Shown: in pieces, positions 36,764-45,872 of the stretch
Layout: the number at the start of each line of letters is the position of its first letter
Position numbering within the stretch: the first letter of the stretch is position 1
Origin: Methanobacteriota archaeon
GTDB taxonomy: Archaea; Thermoplasmatota; Poseidoniia; Poseidoniales; Poseidoniaceae
Reading direction: 5' to 3'
DNA length: 55,444 nt
Assembly (NCBI GenBank): GCA_009937205.1
Contig: JAACCR010000042.1
Coordinates: 1-55,444, forward strand
Position numbers and translations under genes: made by a program
Notes under the pieces: generated by a model
The model's input: only the letters and a program-made list of their open reading frames with translations
What the model was told of the DNA's origin: nothing
Databases searched by the model: none

Positions 36764-37597
36764 ATGATGAAGAAAGCGTTGGCCCAAAATCCTAACCTTC
36801 TCAGAACACTTTTAGGGCTTTCATTTACACTTATTTTTTTGTTATCATATGCGGTATATGGCGCCACTATAGCCCCTTCATACTATATTTATGATACAGA
36901 AGCAACTATGACGGAAATGCAAAATAGTGAACCTCAAAAGTGGTATGATGAAGATAGCAATACCACCACTTGGTCATGGGAATTTGCCCTTGATGGTCAA
37001 AATTTAACATGGGTTAATTTAACTGCCATGGAACTATCTGATGGTGCTATTGTAAAATTATCCAATGGTGCTGGTTTGTTTAGTCACCAATTTTTGGGCG
37101 TGGTTGACGCTAGGGATTTTTCATGTCAAGAACAGTGTCAACAGAATGTTACCCACCAACGAATATCTGAAGATGGTAATGATGTTTCAATAATTTCTCT
37201 GACCGAATTAGATCCTGCTAGAAGAAACAATGGTTCTGTCTATGGCCAAGATATAGATGCTGCTGAACAAAAAGCACGAGCAGAAATTGAATACCTACAC
37301 TCCCCGTCGCAAGTTAGAATTGAAATAATCGAGCAAGGAAATAGAAGCACTAGCCCAAATATATTACTGACCGGTGTTAATGAGGAATTTAATTCCATCT
37401 CCGTTTTTTCTGTTGATGCTGCAACAGAATTCTTGTGGGCATTAGCCTCTGTTGTTGGATGTTTTGCTGTGATCTTGATCCCATCATTTACCGTATTTTT
37501 TGCTGCTAGAGCCAAAGAAAAAAGAGACAACTTGAAACTAATACAGCAACAACAACAAGATGAAAAACTAGTTACTACCAATGATGGTAGTAGTTGA
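36764..37597 (+). CDS. hypothetical bitopic/anchored surface protein
   Basis: N-terminal hydrophobic segment LLGLSFTLIFLLSYAVYG and a C-terminal TM helix (WALASVVGCFAVILIPSFTVFFAA). No motif match. Confidence 0.5.
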   Translation: MMKKALAQNPNLLRTLLGLSFTLIFLLSYAVYGATIAPSYYIYDTEATMTEMQNSEPQKWYDEDSNTTTWSWEFALDGQNLTWVNLTAMELSDGAIVKLSNGAGLFSHQFLGVVDARDFSCQEQCQQNVTHQRISEDGNDVSIISLTELDPARRNNGSVYGQDIDAAEQKARAEIEYLHSPSQVRIEIIEQGNRSTSPNILLTGVNEEFNSISVFSVDAATEFLWALASVVGCFAVILIPSFTVFFAARAKEKRDNLKLIQQQQQDEKLVTTNDGSS

Positions 37598-37663
37598 AAT
37601 GGCTGGTTCCAAGAATTATTAGATTCTGCATTGTTCTCATATAGATTGAAGCATTGTGCCTGC

Positions 37664-39757
37664 ATGAGGGGCATGAGGCAGATACCACTGATATTCGTTT
37701 TGATGATTTTATTATCCTCAAATATATCTTTAGAGGAATCTAGTTTTTCTCCAACTACAATAGATAGTACTTCAGCAAGAGCAACTGGAGTAGATTTATC
37801 GGTTACTAATTCATCATATAGTTACGTCAATACGGCTGATGAAGCAAAATATAGGATGTTTTCATCCAACTTCCCGATAATAGGTTTTAACAAACCCTAT
37901 GAATTATTCGTGATTGACACGATGGTTAATGCCCCTACTAAAATGACCATAGAAGTAGAAAATTTTGGCACAAATCCATCGGGTACTATTGACATTAATA
38001 TTAAATTATTACACAATGAATATACACAATTTGAAATTGTTAATGATACAGTACAAATGGCATCTTTGAATGGTGGGTCTTCCAACAATATTCAGCATCA
38101 ATTCACTCCTACATATTCTGGCAATCATACAATTTGGATTAAGGTGACATCCAGCATTGCAGATGATAATACAAATAATGATGTTTGGTCAAAGGGGTTT
38201 GCTGTTGGCTCTCACTACTATAATTGCGATGTTCTGACTTCATGGACTGTTGGAAATTTGTGGTCTTCGAATACAGATACCGCATTATCCAATGGAAAAT
38301 CTTGCCATGTAGGCTCTGGTTCAAGTTCAACATACAATAATGGTATGCAAACAGCGCTAATTACCCCTGCTATCGATATGTCTGACGCGGCTGAAAACCC
38401 TACTAGAACTAATGGACTGACTTTCTTTTATTCAGGTAGTGCTGCAGCAAATGATTATTTGAAAATATACTCAAAGAATACTATTGGTGGCTGGAATGAA
38501 CTAGCTTCCATTAGTGGCATGATTGATAATAACTTCGACGATGGTAGTAACTGGCAAACCTTTTCTGTTAGCAGCAAGGGGTTTACTTCACCATTAATTC
38601 CAGTGCCACAAGCAGATTTTCACTCCCAATCTCAATTTAAGTTTGAATTTTTTAGTGATGCCTCAGGTGTCGATATCGGATATTGGGTGGATGATATAGT
38701 AATATTATATGATCAAAAAGTTAAGCACTCCGAATATAGTTTAAGTTCTACTGGAATTACAACTACTGGCTCATTACCTGGCGATTGGGGTTCTGTACGT
38801 GTTGAAGTAACCAATGATGGCAATATCACAGATTCTTTCATACCTTCTGTTACGGGTTTGCCAACAGACTGGCAAATCTATTATGCACATACAAATGGAA
38901 TCACTCTAAATCCATTGAGTGGAGTAACACTTTATCCTGGCGAATCTAAACAAATTGATCTGAAAATAATGCCGGGTGAAAATGAATCAACTGGTTTTAC
39001 TCAAATGACATTCAAGGCATATTCTAATTATTACAATGAAGTGAATACCACGTTGCCAGTTCAATTCCAAGTACTAGCAGATAGAATTCCATTGATTACG
39101 GGACCCGGACAGCGTCCGAATTGTCCTCCTGGAAACACCTGTACCTTCGCGGTTCTTGTTGAAAACATAGGTGCCGCAACCGATGTTTTCGACATATCCC
39201 TAGATCAAACATCACTAGCCAGTGGATGGCAAGTGGGATTAGAATGGACGCAAGCGAGTAGTATTTTGGTTAGACCTGATACTCCTGTGCAAGTATATTT
39301 GACAATGACTCTGCCAAATGACTGTGCCCCTGATACCATTTCAACATTCAAATTAACAGCAACCTCACAAAATGACTCACGAAGATTCCATGCGCTTGAA
39401 ATAGATATTTCGGCTTCAATGATTTCCAATGCTAGCGTAGAGGTGACAAATGCACATTCGACAGACAACTGGATAGTAAATGCTGGAGAGACTAAAACGA
39501 TTTCATTTACTATTACCAATCATGCTACAAGACAAGATATTTTTGAAATGTCCGTACAGTCTAGTGGTGGTATGCTATGGGTTGTTGAGCAACCAACTAG
39601 ACCAAATGCAGTGATTAATTCTGGTGCTTCAACGACTTTTACAATTGAAGTTACAGCACCAGCGAATGCCCAAGCAGGTGATAATGGACCAAGTATAATT
39701 CCAATTATTACTTCTACCAGGAGTGATATGACTTTTATGGGTACTGAGTTCGATTAA
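37664..39757 (+). CDS. secreted multi-domain surface protein, N-terminal part (jelly-roll/MAM-like region + repeated CARDB/NEW3-like beta-sandwich modules)
   Basis: Signal-like N-terminus MRGMRQIPLIFVLMILLSS. Repeated modules such as GESKQIDLKIMPGENESTGFTQMTF and NAGETKTISFTITNHATRQDIF. It ends at TAA 39755-39757 with no membrane anchor. Confidence 0.7.
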   Translation: MRGMRQIPLIFVLMILLSSNISLEESSFSPTTIDSTSARATGVDLSVTNSSYSYVNTADEAKYRMFSSNFPIIGFNKPYELFVIDTMVNAPTKMTIEVENFGTNPSGTIDINIKLLHNEYTQFEIVNDTVQMASLNGGSSNNIQHQFTPTYSGNHTIWIKVTSSIADDNTNNDVWSKGFAVGSHYYNCDVLTSWTVGNLWSSNTDTALSNGKSCHVGSGSSSTYNNGMQTALITPAIDMSDAAENPTRTNGLTFFYSGSAAANDYLKIYSKNTIGGWNELASISGMIDNNFDDGSNWQTFSVSSKGFTSPLIPVPQADFHSQSQFKFEFFSDASGVDIGYWVDDIVILYDQKVKHSEYSLSSTGITTTGSLPGDWGSVRVEVTNDGNITDSFIPSVTGLPTDWQIYYAHTNGITLNPLSGVTLYPGESKQIDLKIMPGENESTGFTQMTFKAYSNYYNEVNTTLPVQFQVLADRIPLITGPGQRPNCPPGNTCTFAVLVENIGAATDVFDISLDQTSLASGWQVGLEWTQASSILVRPDTPVQVYLTMTLPNDCAPDTISTFKLTATSQNDSRRFHALEIDISASMISNASVEVTNAHSTDNWIVNAGETKTISFTITNHATRQDIFEMSVQSSGGMLWVVEQPTRPNAVINSGASTTFTIEVTAPANAQAGDNGPSIIPIITSTRSDMTFMGTEFD

Positions 39758-39925
39758 TTAGAAGTAGAATCAATTGAAGACGTTATCATAAGATTAGTAG
39801 ATTAACCACTCAAATTAACTCCAGGAATCGGAAATAAAATTGAAATCGAAATCGAAAACGATGGTAATGGACCAACTCAGGTCGTAATTGACCTACCTAA
39901 TTTACCTGAATCATGGCAATGGTGG

Positions 39926-41311
39926 ATGAGACTATCTGACCAAAACCATACTGGGCCAATTGACCTATCAGCATCATATGACTTAGAGGATATTAAAATT
40001 GTTGAAGTATGGATTATGATTTCAATGGAAGAAGCGGCGGGAATAATGCATTCTATTGAAATTACTGCAATGTCTAATTCAATGGGTATAGACATAAATC
40101 CTTCAGATAATCTAATTGAAATTAATGCAATTACAGCATCACACAAGCAACCAAGAATTACAAACTCTTCAAACCCCCCAGGTGCAATGGCAGATACTAC
40201 TACGTCGGCTAGCATAACGATACAAAATATTGGAAATGCCGTAGATAATCAGATCGCAGTGCGAGTTATTATTTCTTCATCACCACCAGTACCAGGAATT
40301 ATCGGATTCTTTTCAGTTGGTTCAAATGGTGGGGCTCTACCTATTGATGGGTGGTCTGATATTACACTCAACGGAGGAGAAGAAACAACTCTTAATGTTG
40401 ACATGATACTTCCTAAGGAGATACCACTCAATACGCGAATTATTGTTAGATTCGAAGTTGTTGGAGGATTAGATGAGGAATTGCGCCCATACGAATTGGA
40501 TCACGAAGCAATGATATTGGTTGACTCAAGACGTTCGATGACAATCACTTCAAGTCCGATAAGTAATCAAACAAATGAATTTGGCATATCAGTGCCATTA
40601 TGGATAAATCTAACCAGTACTTCTACGATGGAAGAGAATTACATCATTACCAGCAAGGTTCCCGAAGGATGGCAAGTAGTTTGTCTTGGTATATTGATGA
40701 ATGAAAGTGGATACCCAATTAACACCCCAGCCGGGCATATTGATGGGCAGGAAAAGTTTGTCTCATGTGACATCCATCGAATGAGTGGTTCCTTGGAAGG
40801 TCAAATAGAAATAACTGTTAGTAGTCAAGATGGTACGCTCTCATGGCAAGATAAGCAATCCATATACTTCCAGTCACAAATAGATGATTCCTTTTCAGTT
40901 GGAGCTGATTTAATGGCTGCAGGTGGGCTTGCAATTTTAGTTTTCATCGCCCTGATTGCAGTATTGATTCGAAAAAGAACAAGTGAAATAGGAATAGATT
41001 ATGAAGCTGTTGAAGAAAGGGAAGAAGTGGTTATTTCAAGCCCAGTTGGGCCTCCTATTAGCCAAGTAAGTGGACCGCCAGCATCTCAACAACAGCCAAC
41101 ATCGTTTACCCCACAAGTCAGTGATACAGATCAACCCGCCAATGCTCCATCGGGTCCACCTTCAAGCGAGTCATTTAGTACTCCAGAAGAAGTTCAACCT
41201 GTTGAACAAATAATTGCGGGACCTCAATTACCAGAATCTGGATTGCCAGTCGGTTGGTCAGAAGAGCAATGGCTGCATTACGGTCAGCAATATTTAGACA
41301 GAACTCTTTAG
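39926..41311 (+). CDS. C-terminal part of the same surface protein (same frame; open from 39806)
   Basis: More CARDB/NEW3-like modules, a single C-terminal TM helix LMAAGGLAILVFIALIAVLIRKR and a Pro/Gln/Ser tail. There is no signal peptide, and the first ATG falls inside a module. Confidence 0.6.
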   Translation: MRLSDQNHTGPIDLSASYDLEDIKIVEVWIMISMEEAAGIMHSIEITAMSNSMGIDINPSDNLIEINAITASHKQPRITNSSNPPGAMADTTTSASITIQNIGNAVDNQIAVRVIISSSPPVPGIIGFFSVGSNGGALPIDGWSDITLNGGEETTLNVDMILPKEIPLNTRIIVRFEVVGGLDEELRPYELDHEAMILVDSRRSMTITSSPISNQTNEFGISVPLWINLTSTSTMEENYIITSKVPEGWQVVCLGILMNESGYPINTPAGHIDGQEKFVSCDIHRMSGSLEGQIEITVSSQDGTLSWQDKQSIYFQSQIDDSFSVGADLMAAGGLAILVFIALIAVLIRKRTSEIGIDYEAVEEREEVVISSPVGPPISQVSGPPASQQQPTSFTPQVSDTDQPANAPSGPPSSESFSTPEEVQPVEQIIAGPQLPESGLPVGWSEEQWLHYGQQYLDRTL

Positions 41312-41334
41312 ATAAATCAAAATGGTAACCGCTG

Positions 41335-41520
41335 GTGGAGATGTATATGGTATCATATCCACCACTCTGGTATGGATTGTTATTTGTTGTTTCAATTTGT
41401 GGAGTAGCAACATGGTATCTACGTAATTTTACCACTAGAGTAGAGTTAACTAAACTTATTGCTTTTAGTGGAATTATATCAATGATTAGTTTATTGAGTT
41501 GGACTTTAAGTGAATTTTGA
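41335..41520 (+). CDS. 61-aa two-helix membrane peptide
   Basis: Two hydrophobic stretches (LWYGLLFVVSICGVATWYL and LIAFSGIISMISLLSW). Tightly packed between its neighbours. Confidence 0.4.
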   Translation: MEMYMVSYPPLWYGLLFVVSICGVATWYLRNFTTRVELTKLIAFSGIISMISLLSWTLSEF

Positions 41521-41529
41521 GTGATTGGT

Positions 41530-42036
41530 ATGGCTGAAATTATTGATTCTTCAACTAGCGTTTATTATGACCAATATCCTTGCCGTTTACCTGTTTGGTG
41601 GGGCCGTTATGGGGATATTGGTCCTCACCCGGAGGGTAATGGTATCAGCGGAAGGAAGGTAGTAATCCGTATTGAAAAGAAATTCAAAAAAATTGAATCT
41701 ATATTTGCAAAAATATTACGAGCGCCAAAAGAATTGAGGAGGCCTCTTGATATAATGAATAGTTTACTTTGGGAATTATGTGATGGGACGAGAACCTTTC
41801 AAGAAATTTGCAAACAATTAGATTCTACATATCATGAGGAAATAGCTCCAGTCGTTAATAGAACTACACTAGGAATTACCGCATTAGTTTCTAAAAACCT
41901 GATGATTGTAGTAGATGAACCACTAGGTGGAAAGTGGAGTATAGGGCCAGGAGTTACTCCATCAGGACAAACTCTTGCCCCATTGGATGAACGTATGAAT
42001 ATAGATTGTTCATTGCTAGATGGCGAGCAATACTAG
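41530..42036 (+). CDS. PqqD-family (RRE-like) protein with N-terminal extension
   Basis: LDIMNSLLWELCDGTRTFQEICKQLDSTYHEEIAPVVNRTTLGITALVSKNLMIV fits the PqqD winged-helix pattern. A GTG at 41521 is an alternative start. Confidence 0.55.
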   Translation: MAEIIDSSTSVYYDQYPCRLPVWWGRYGDIGPHPEGNGISGRKVVIRIEKKFKKIESIFAKILRAPKELRRPLDIMNSLLWELCDGTRTFQEICKQLDSTYHEEIAPVVNRTTLGITALVSKNLMIVVDEPLGGKWSIGPGVTPSGQTLAPLDERMNIDCSLLDGEQY

Positions 42037-42383
42037 CCTAGAATTTTCTCAAAACCTTGAGGTGGCCTTCCGATTATCACTTGATCGCCATCATCTAATA
42101 GAGGCCGTTGCATCACTTGAGGCAAATTATATAAAATAATCAAGACATCTGCAGGATTGGTTAAATCAAGTTCGCGATATTGTGATTTTTTGAATGCATC
42201 ATCACCATTTCTAACAAGTCTGGAAGGGCAACCAACAAGTCTTGAAATTATTCCTTCAAGTTCTTTTTCAGTCAAGTTTTGTTTGAGATAATTTACAACC
42301 ATGACTTCGGTTTCAGAATCATTACACAATTCAAGTCCTTGTCTTGATTTCGAGCACCTAGGGTTATGGTAAAGGGTTGGCAT
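42033..42383 (-). CDS. arsC: ArsC/Spx-family thioredoxin-fold protein
   Basis: LYHNPRCSKSRQGLELC N-terminal motif, 116 aa. Its stop overlaps the converging gene's stop in a CTAG. Confidence 0.8.
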   Translation of the reverse strand: MPTLYHNPRCSKSRQGLELCNDSETEVMVVNYLKQNLTEKELEGIISRLVGCPSRLVRNGDDAFKKSQYRELDLTNPADVLIILYNLPQVMQRPLLDDGDQVIIGRPPQGFEKILG

Positions 42384-42420
42384 ATCATTTGCATTGAATC
42401 AAAGTTAATGATTTAACTGT

Positions 42421-43164
42421 TCAATCCGGTTGCCATACTAGTCTAAGTCCGATCCCATCCTTAGCAATATTTCTCTGTGAAGACCCTCTGGCAGAACACC
42501 TTGTTGAATCGCTTTCTGTGAACCAATTTCCACCCCTATGAGACTTACGTGTTTCACCCTTTATCACCATTGCAGATTGATCTCTAGGCGTATTTTCATA
42601 GTTACTACTCCAATCATCAAGGCACCATTCACTTACATTGCCATGAAGGTCATGCAACCCCCATGGATTTGCCTTCTTTTGACCAACTTCCCGTGTTGAG
42701 GCACCTGAATTACCAGCATGCCACCCATACTCGTCTAATTCTGCATCCTTATCGCCAAAAGACCAACGAGATAATGTTCCAGCGCGTGCTGCATATTCCC
42801 ATTCTGATTCACTTGGTAATCTCCATTTCCCATATAGTCCTAATTTAGGAGAATCATTATGTTGAGCATTTAATTTCTCGATGAAGATTTGTACATCATC
42901 CCATGACACATTTTCTATTGGCCGTAACCCCGCCGACCATCCCTCACTGAATTTTGCTGGATTGTCACTCATTACCGATTGCCATTGTATTTGAGTAACT
43001 TGCATTTTTCCAAGAAAAAAGGGTTGTGTGATCTCAACTTCATGACTTGGTAATTCTCTTTTCGGAGAATTATTTGTAGGATTGCCCATCTGATATGTTC
43101 CAGGAGAAATCAGCACATATGTTGAACCAAATTCATCATCAAAACGTGGATTTTCTTCAGACAT
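42421..43164 (-). CDS. FGE-sulfatase (SUMF1) domain protein, cytoplasmic
   Basis: RLPSESEWEYAARAG, NPWGLHDLHGNVSEWC and RGGNWF blocks. ATG at 43164 (a GTG at 43173 is possible). No signal peptide. Confidence 0.8.
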   Translation of the reverse strand: MSEENPRFDDEFGSTYVLISPGTYQMGNPTNNSPKRELPSHEVEITQPFFLGKMQVTQIQWQSVMSDNPAKFSEGWSAGLRPIENVSWDDVQIFIEKLNAQHNDSPKLGLYGKWRLPSESEWEYAARAGTLSRWSFGDKDAELDEYGWHAGNSGASTREVGQKKANPWGLHDLHGNVSEWCLDDWSSNYENTPRDQSAMVIKGETRKSHRGGNWFTESDSTRCSARGSSQRNIAKDGIGLRLVWQPD

Positions 43165-43305
43165 TACTAACACCTACAATCTTTCTTAACTCACCCTAAT
43201 GGGCCAAAGTTAATGTCATTTGTGTTACTCGAATCTTTGATTTTGAATGATTACTTTAGACCCAATTAGAAGTAACGCTTATCCCCATTAGGTAACCCCT
43301 AGGGA

Positions 43306-44703
43306 ATGGTGACTGTGATGGCTGATGATGATGCAGACGGTTCGGCCCTAGACAATCCAATTCAATCATCTGGTGAATTGTCCGATGCCGACATGGCATC
43401 CATGTCCGCAGCAATGCGTTCTGCAGGTCTTGGAAGTATGCTCGAAGAAACACCAGCCGCCATAGAGGAAGAGGGTGAAGTTAGTTCGCAACAAGAATCA
43501 GATGATGCAAACGCCTCCGGCGACAATTTAGTTTACCAAGATGACATATTTCCTGAATTGGAAGATGTAGATGATAATGAAGAAATGGTTAGAGTTTTAC
43601 TAAATGTTGGTGAAGAACGTTCTAGGAAATCAGATGCAAAGGGTGCTTTGGCAGCCTTTAACAAAGCAATTGCACTTGATCCATCAAGTGACATGGCTTG
43701 GTTTAATCGAGGAGTCTTATTAGAAGCCCAAAACGATGCAAGAGGTGCAAAGCAAGCATTCCAAATTTGTCTAGACCTCAATCCTGACCATGCTCCAGCC
43801 ACAGCAAATCTATCCAGCGTTTTGGAGCGAATGGGAGATTTAAGTTCTGCATACAAAGTAGCCCAAAAAGCATTAGTTTTTTACCCAGGCCATCCAGCAC
43901 TAGTAGAAATTTCAAACAGATGCAAAGGTTCCGAAGTCAATATCCCTATTGCTGAAGTTCCTAGAATTACAGAAAACACTCACACCTATGATGAATCAAC
44001 AGTAGTAGCTGCAATGGATGAAGTTGGCGTTGATGACATACAAGCAGTTCTGCAAGAGGCTGTACATCACGACCATGATAGAAATTTGAATCTTGATTAT
44101 TCAGAATTGAAATCGGCGGCAACTGTAGTTGCAGCGACTGAAGAAGTTTTAGTAAGATTAGAAGCAAAACCAATCATATCAGTACAGCCTGTTGAAGAGG
44201 TTACTGTAGCAGAAGTGGAAGAAGTAGTACAACCTGTTGAGGAAGTTATTTCCCAGCCAATTGCGGTTGAAGAGGAAGTTATCGAACAGCCTGAAATTAA
44301 TATTGAATCTCTTATTGAAGAAGCTACAGAATTGATTCGTTCTGGAGATGCTGCTGGCGGTTTATCAATACTAAAGCCTCATCTAAAAACAATCGCTGCT
44401 GAGAATGCGAATGCGTGGAGAGTCGCTGGTGGAGCAATGGCGAGACTTGACTTGGACACTCATGCGATCGCTGCAATTAATCACGCACAAACCTTAGACC
44501 CATCCAATTCTAGTGGATGGTTTAATTTGGGTTCAATATACCATAGAGGAGAAGATTTTTCTGAGGCCAAGAAATGCTATCTAAATGCGCTTGAGGTACA
44601 ACCAGACTATCTAAAAGCAGCAAGCAAACTAAGTGATTTATCAAAACAGATGAGCGATGTAGAATCATATCTATTTGCGACACGCATTATTGCAACTATT
44701 TAA
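43306..44703 (+). CDS. TPR-repeat protein with acidic N-terminus and PVEE-rich linker
   Basis: TPR-like A..AF.KAI.LDP / AWFNRG repeats at both ends. The central QPVEEV repeats are visible by eye. Confidence 0.7.
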   Translation: MVTVMADDDADGSALDNPIQSSGELSDADMASMSAAMRSAGLGSMLEETPAAIEEEGEVSSQQESDDANASGDNLVYQDDIFPELEDVDDNEEMVRVLLNVGEERSRKSDAKGALAAFNKAIALDPSSDMAWFNRGVLLEAQNDARGAKQAFQICLDLNPDHAPATANLSSVLERMGDLSSAYKVAQKALVFYPGHPALVEISNRCKGSEVNIPIAEVPRITENTHTYDESTVVAAMDEVGVDDIQAVLQEAVHHDHDRNLNLDYSELKSAATVVAATEEVLVRLEAKPIISVQPVEEVTVAEVEEVVQPVEEVISQPIAVEEEVIEQPEINIESLIEEATELIRSGDAAGGLSILKPHLKTIAAENANAWRVAGGAMARLDLDTHAIAAINHAQTLDPSNSSGWFNLGSIYHRGEDFSEAKKCYLNALEVQPDYLKAASKLSDLSKQMSDVESYLFATRIIATI

Positions 44704-44727
44704 CCATCAGATGCTAGAATTATAGAG

Positions 44728-45825
44728 ATGGCTGAAGTATTGATAGAAATAGCAGAAGGAGAAGCAAATGTATTGGATTCCACTCAAGGCCTACCACCGA
44801 CAATACCAGTTGGTCCAGAAATGGCTCAGGAGGCTTTGGGAATAATTGGAGAAGGAGTTTCAATATTACATGCAAGAGCATATACTGCCATTTCAGACCA
44901 TCACAATGCAGTAACTACTTGGAAAGCATTAATCCAAAGTGATGGGGAAAATCCTGCTAATTGGAGAGGCCTTGCTCGCTCGCTAGAAGAAGCCGGCGAT
45001 ATTGCAACAGCACAGAAGTGTCATGCTAAGGCAAATAAGATGGATAATGGTACAGAATCTGTAACAGTGGAAACATCATTGCCAGTAGAGCAGACTGAAA
45101 TCCCTCAAGTTGCTGAATCAATACCTCAAGAACTAGCACCAGTAGTCGTGGAACAACCTGTCGTAGAAATTGCTGACAGCCCTGCTAATATTTTGTTAGA
45201 ACCAATTGCTCCTGTTGAAGTTTCAGAACCAGCACAGGATGAGAATACAACTCAAGCTAATGACTTGCTGATGGCTCCAATTGAGCCAAGACCTGTTAAT
45301 GTAGAAACTGTGGAAGACCAGCAAGTGGATTTAGCAAAAGCTGCACTTGATGCAACACATGCTGCATCACTAAATATAATTGGTGAAACTTCTTCAAAAT
45401 CTGTTGCAAATCAGGATGTTGCATGGTATAACAAGGGTATTCAATTAATTGAAGATGGAAAATATAGAGAAGCATTAACCTGCTTTGATAGAGCATTACC
45501 ATCTTTCAAAGATGATGATGAAATGGTAATTAGAATTCTAAATGGAAGAGGTAATTCATATTATTACATGGAAGAGTATCCAAAATGTGTTGAAGCATAT
45601 CACCAAGCAATGCTTATTCGACCTACAGAAGTAAGAGGACAGACACTTTACAACATGGGTACTGCATATGCAGAAATGGAAAGATATCCAGATGCCATAA
45701 AATGTTTTGAGCAATCAATACCACGTGGGCTATCTACTAGTGAAGCTAAGAGGGCTAAAGATCAAATTAGACGCTGCACCATTCTAAACAAAGAACGAAT
45801 GAGGAAAATTAAGAAAAAGTCCTGA
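44728..45825 (+). CDS. TPR-repeat protein (tandem paralogue-like)
   Basis: TPR-like blocks (AWYNKGIQL..YREALTCFDRAL; LYNMGTAYAEMERYPDAIKCFEQ) and a central P/V/E-rich linker. Confidence 0.7.
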   Translation: MAEVLIEIAEGEANVLDSTQGLPPTIPVGPEMAQEALGIIGEGVSILHARAYTAISDHHNAVTTWKALIQSDGENPANWRGLARSLEEAGDIATAQKCHAKANKMDNGTESVTVETSLPVEQTEIPQVAESIPQELAPVVVEQPVVEIADSPANILLEPIAPVEVSEPAQDENTTQANDLLMAPIEPRPVNVETVEDQQVDLAKAALDATHAASLNIIGETSSKSVANQDVAWYNKGIQLIEDGKYREALTCFDRALPSFKDDDEMVIRILNGRGNSYYYMEEYPKCVEAYHQAMLIRPTEVRGQTLYNMGTAYAEMERYPDAIKCFEQSIPRGLSTSEAKRAKDQIRRCTILNKERMRKIKKKS

Positions 45826-45872
45826 ATAATTCATTGGATGGGTTGAAAAACTAGGAGCAAGGACCTAGTTCC

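Noticed and set aside
36737-36770. TGATGA sequences near the S19e upstream region, considered as C-box elements of a C/D box sRNA.
   Set aside because: No appropriately spaced CTGA D box or terminal stem exists on either strand. One TGATGA is simply the ATGATGAAG start of the 36764 gene.
39755-39805. TAA reassigned as a sense codon (alternative genetic code).
   Set aside because: TAA cleanly terminates well-defined genes in the same window (metG at 4599-4601, hutH at 16773-16775, and the alpha/beta hydrolase at 1060-1062) at positions matching normal protein ends.
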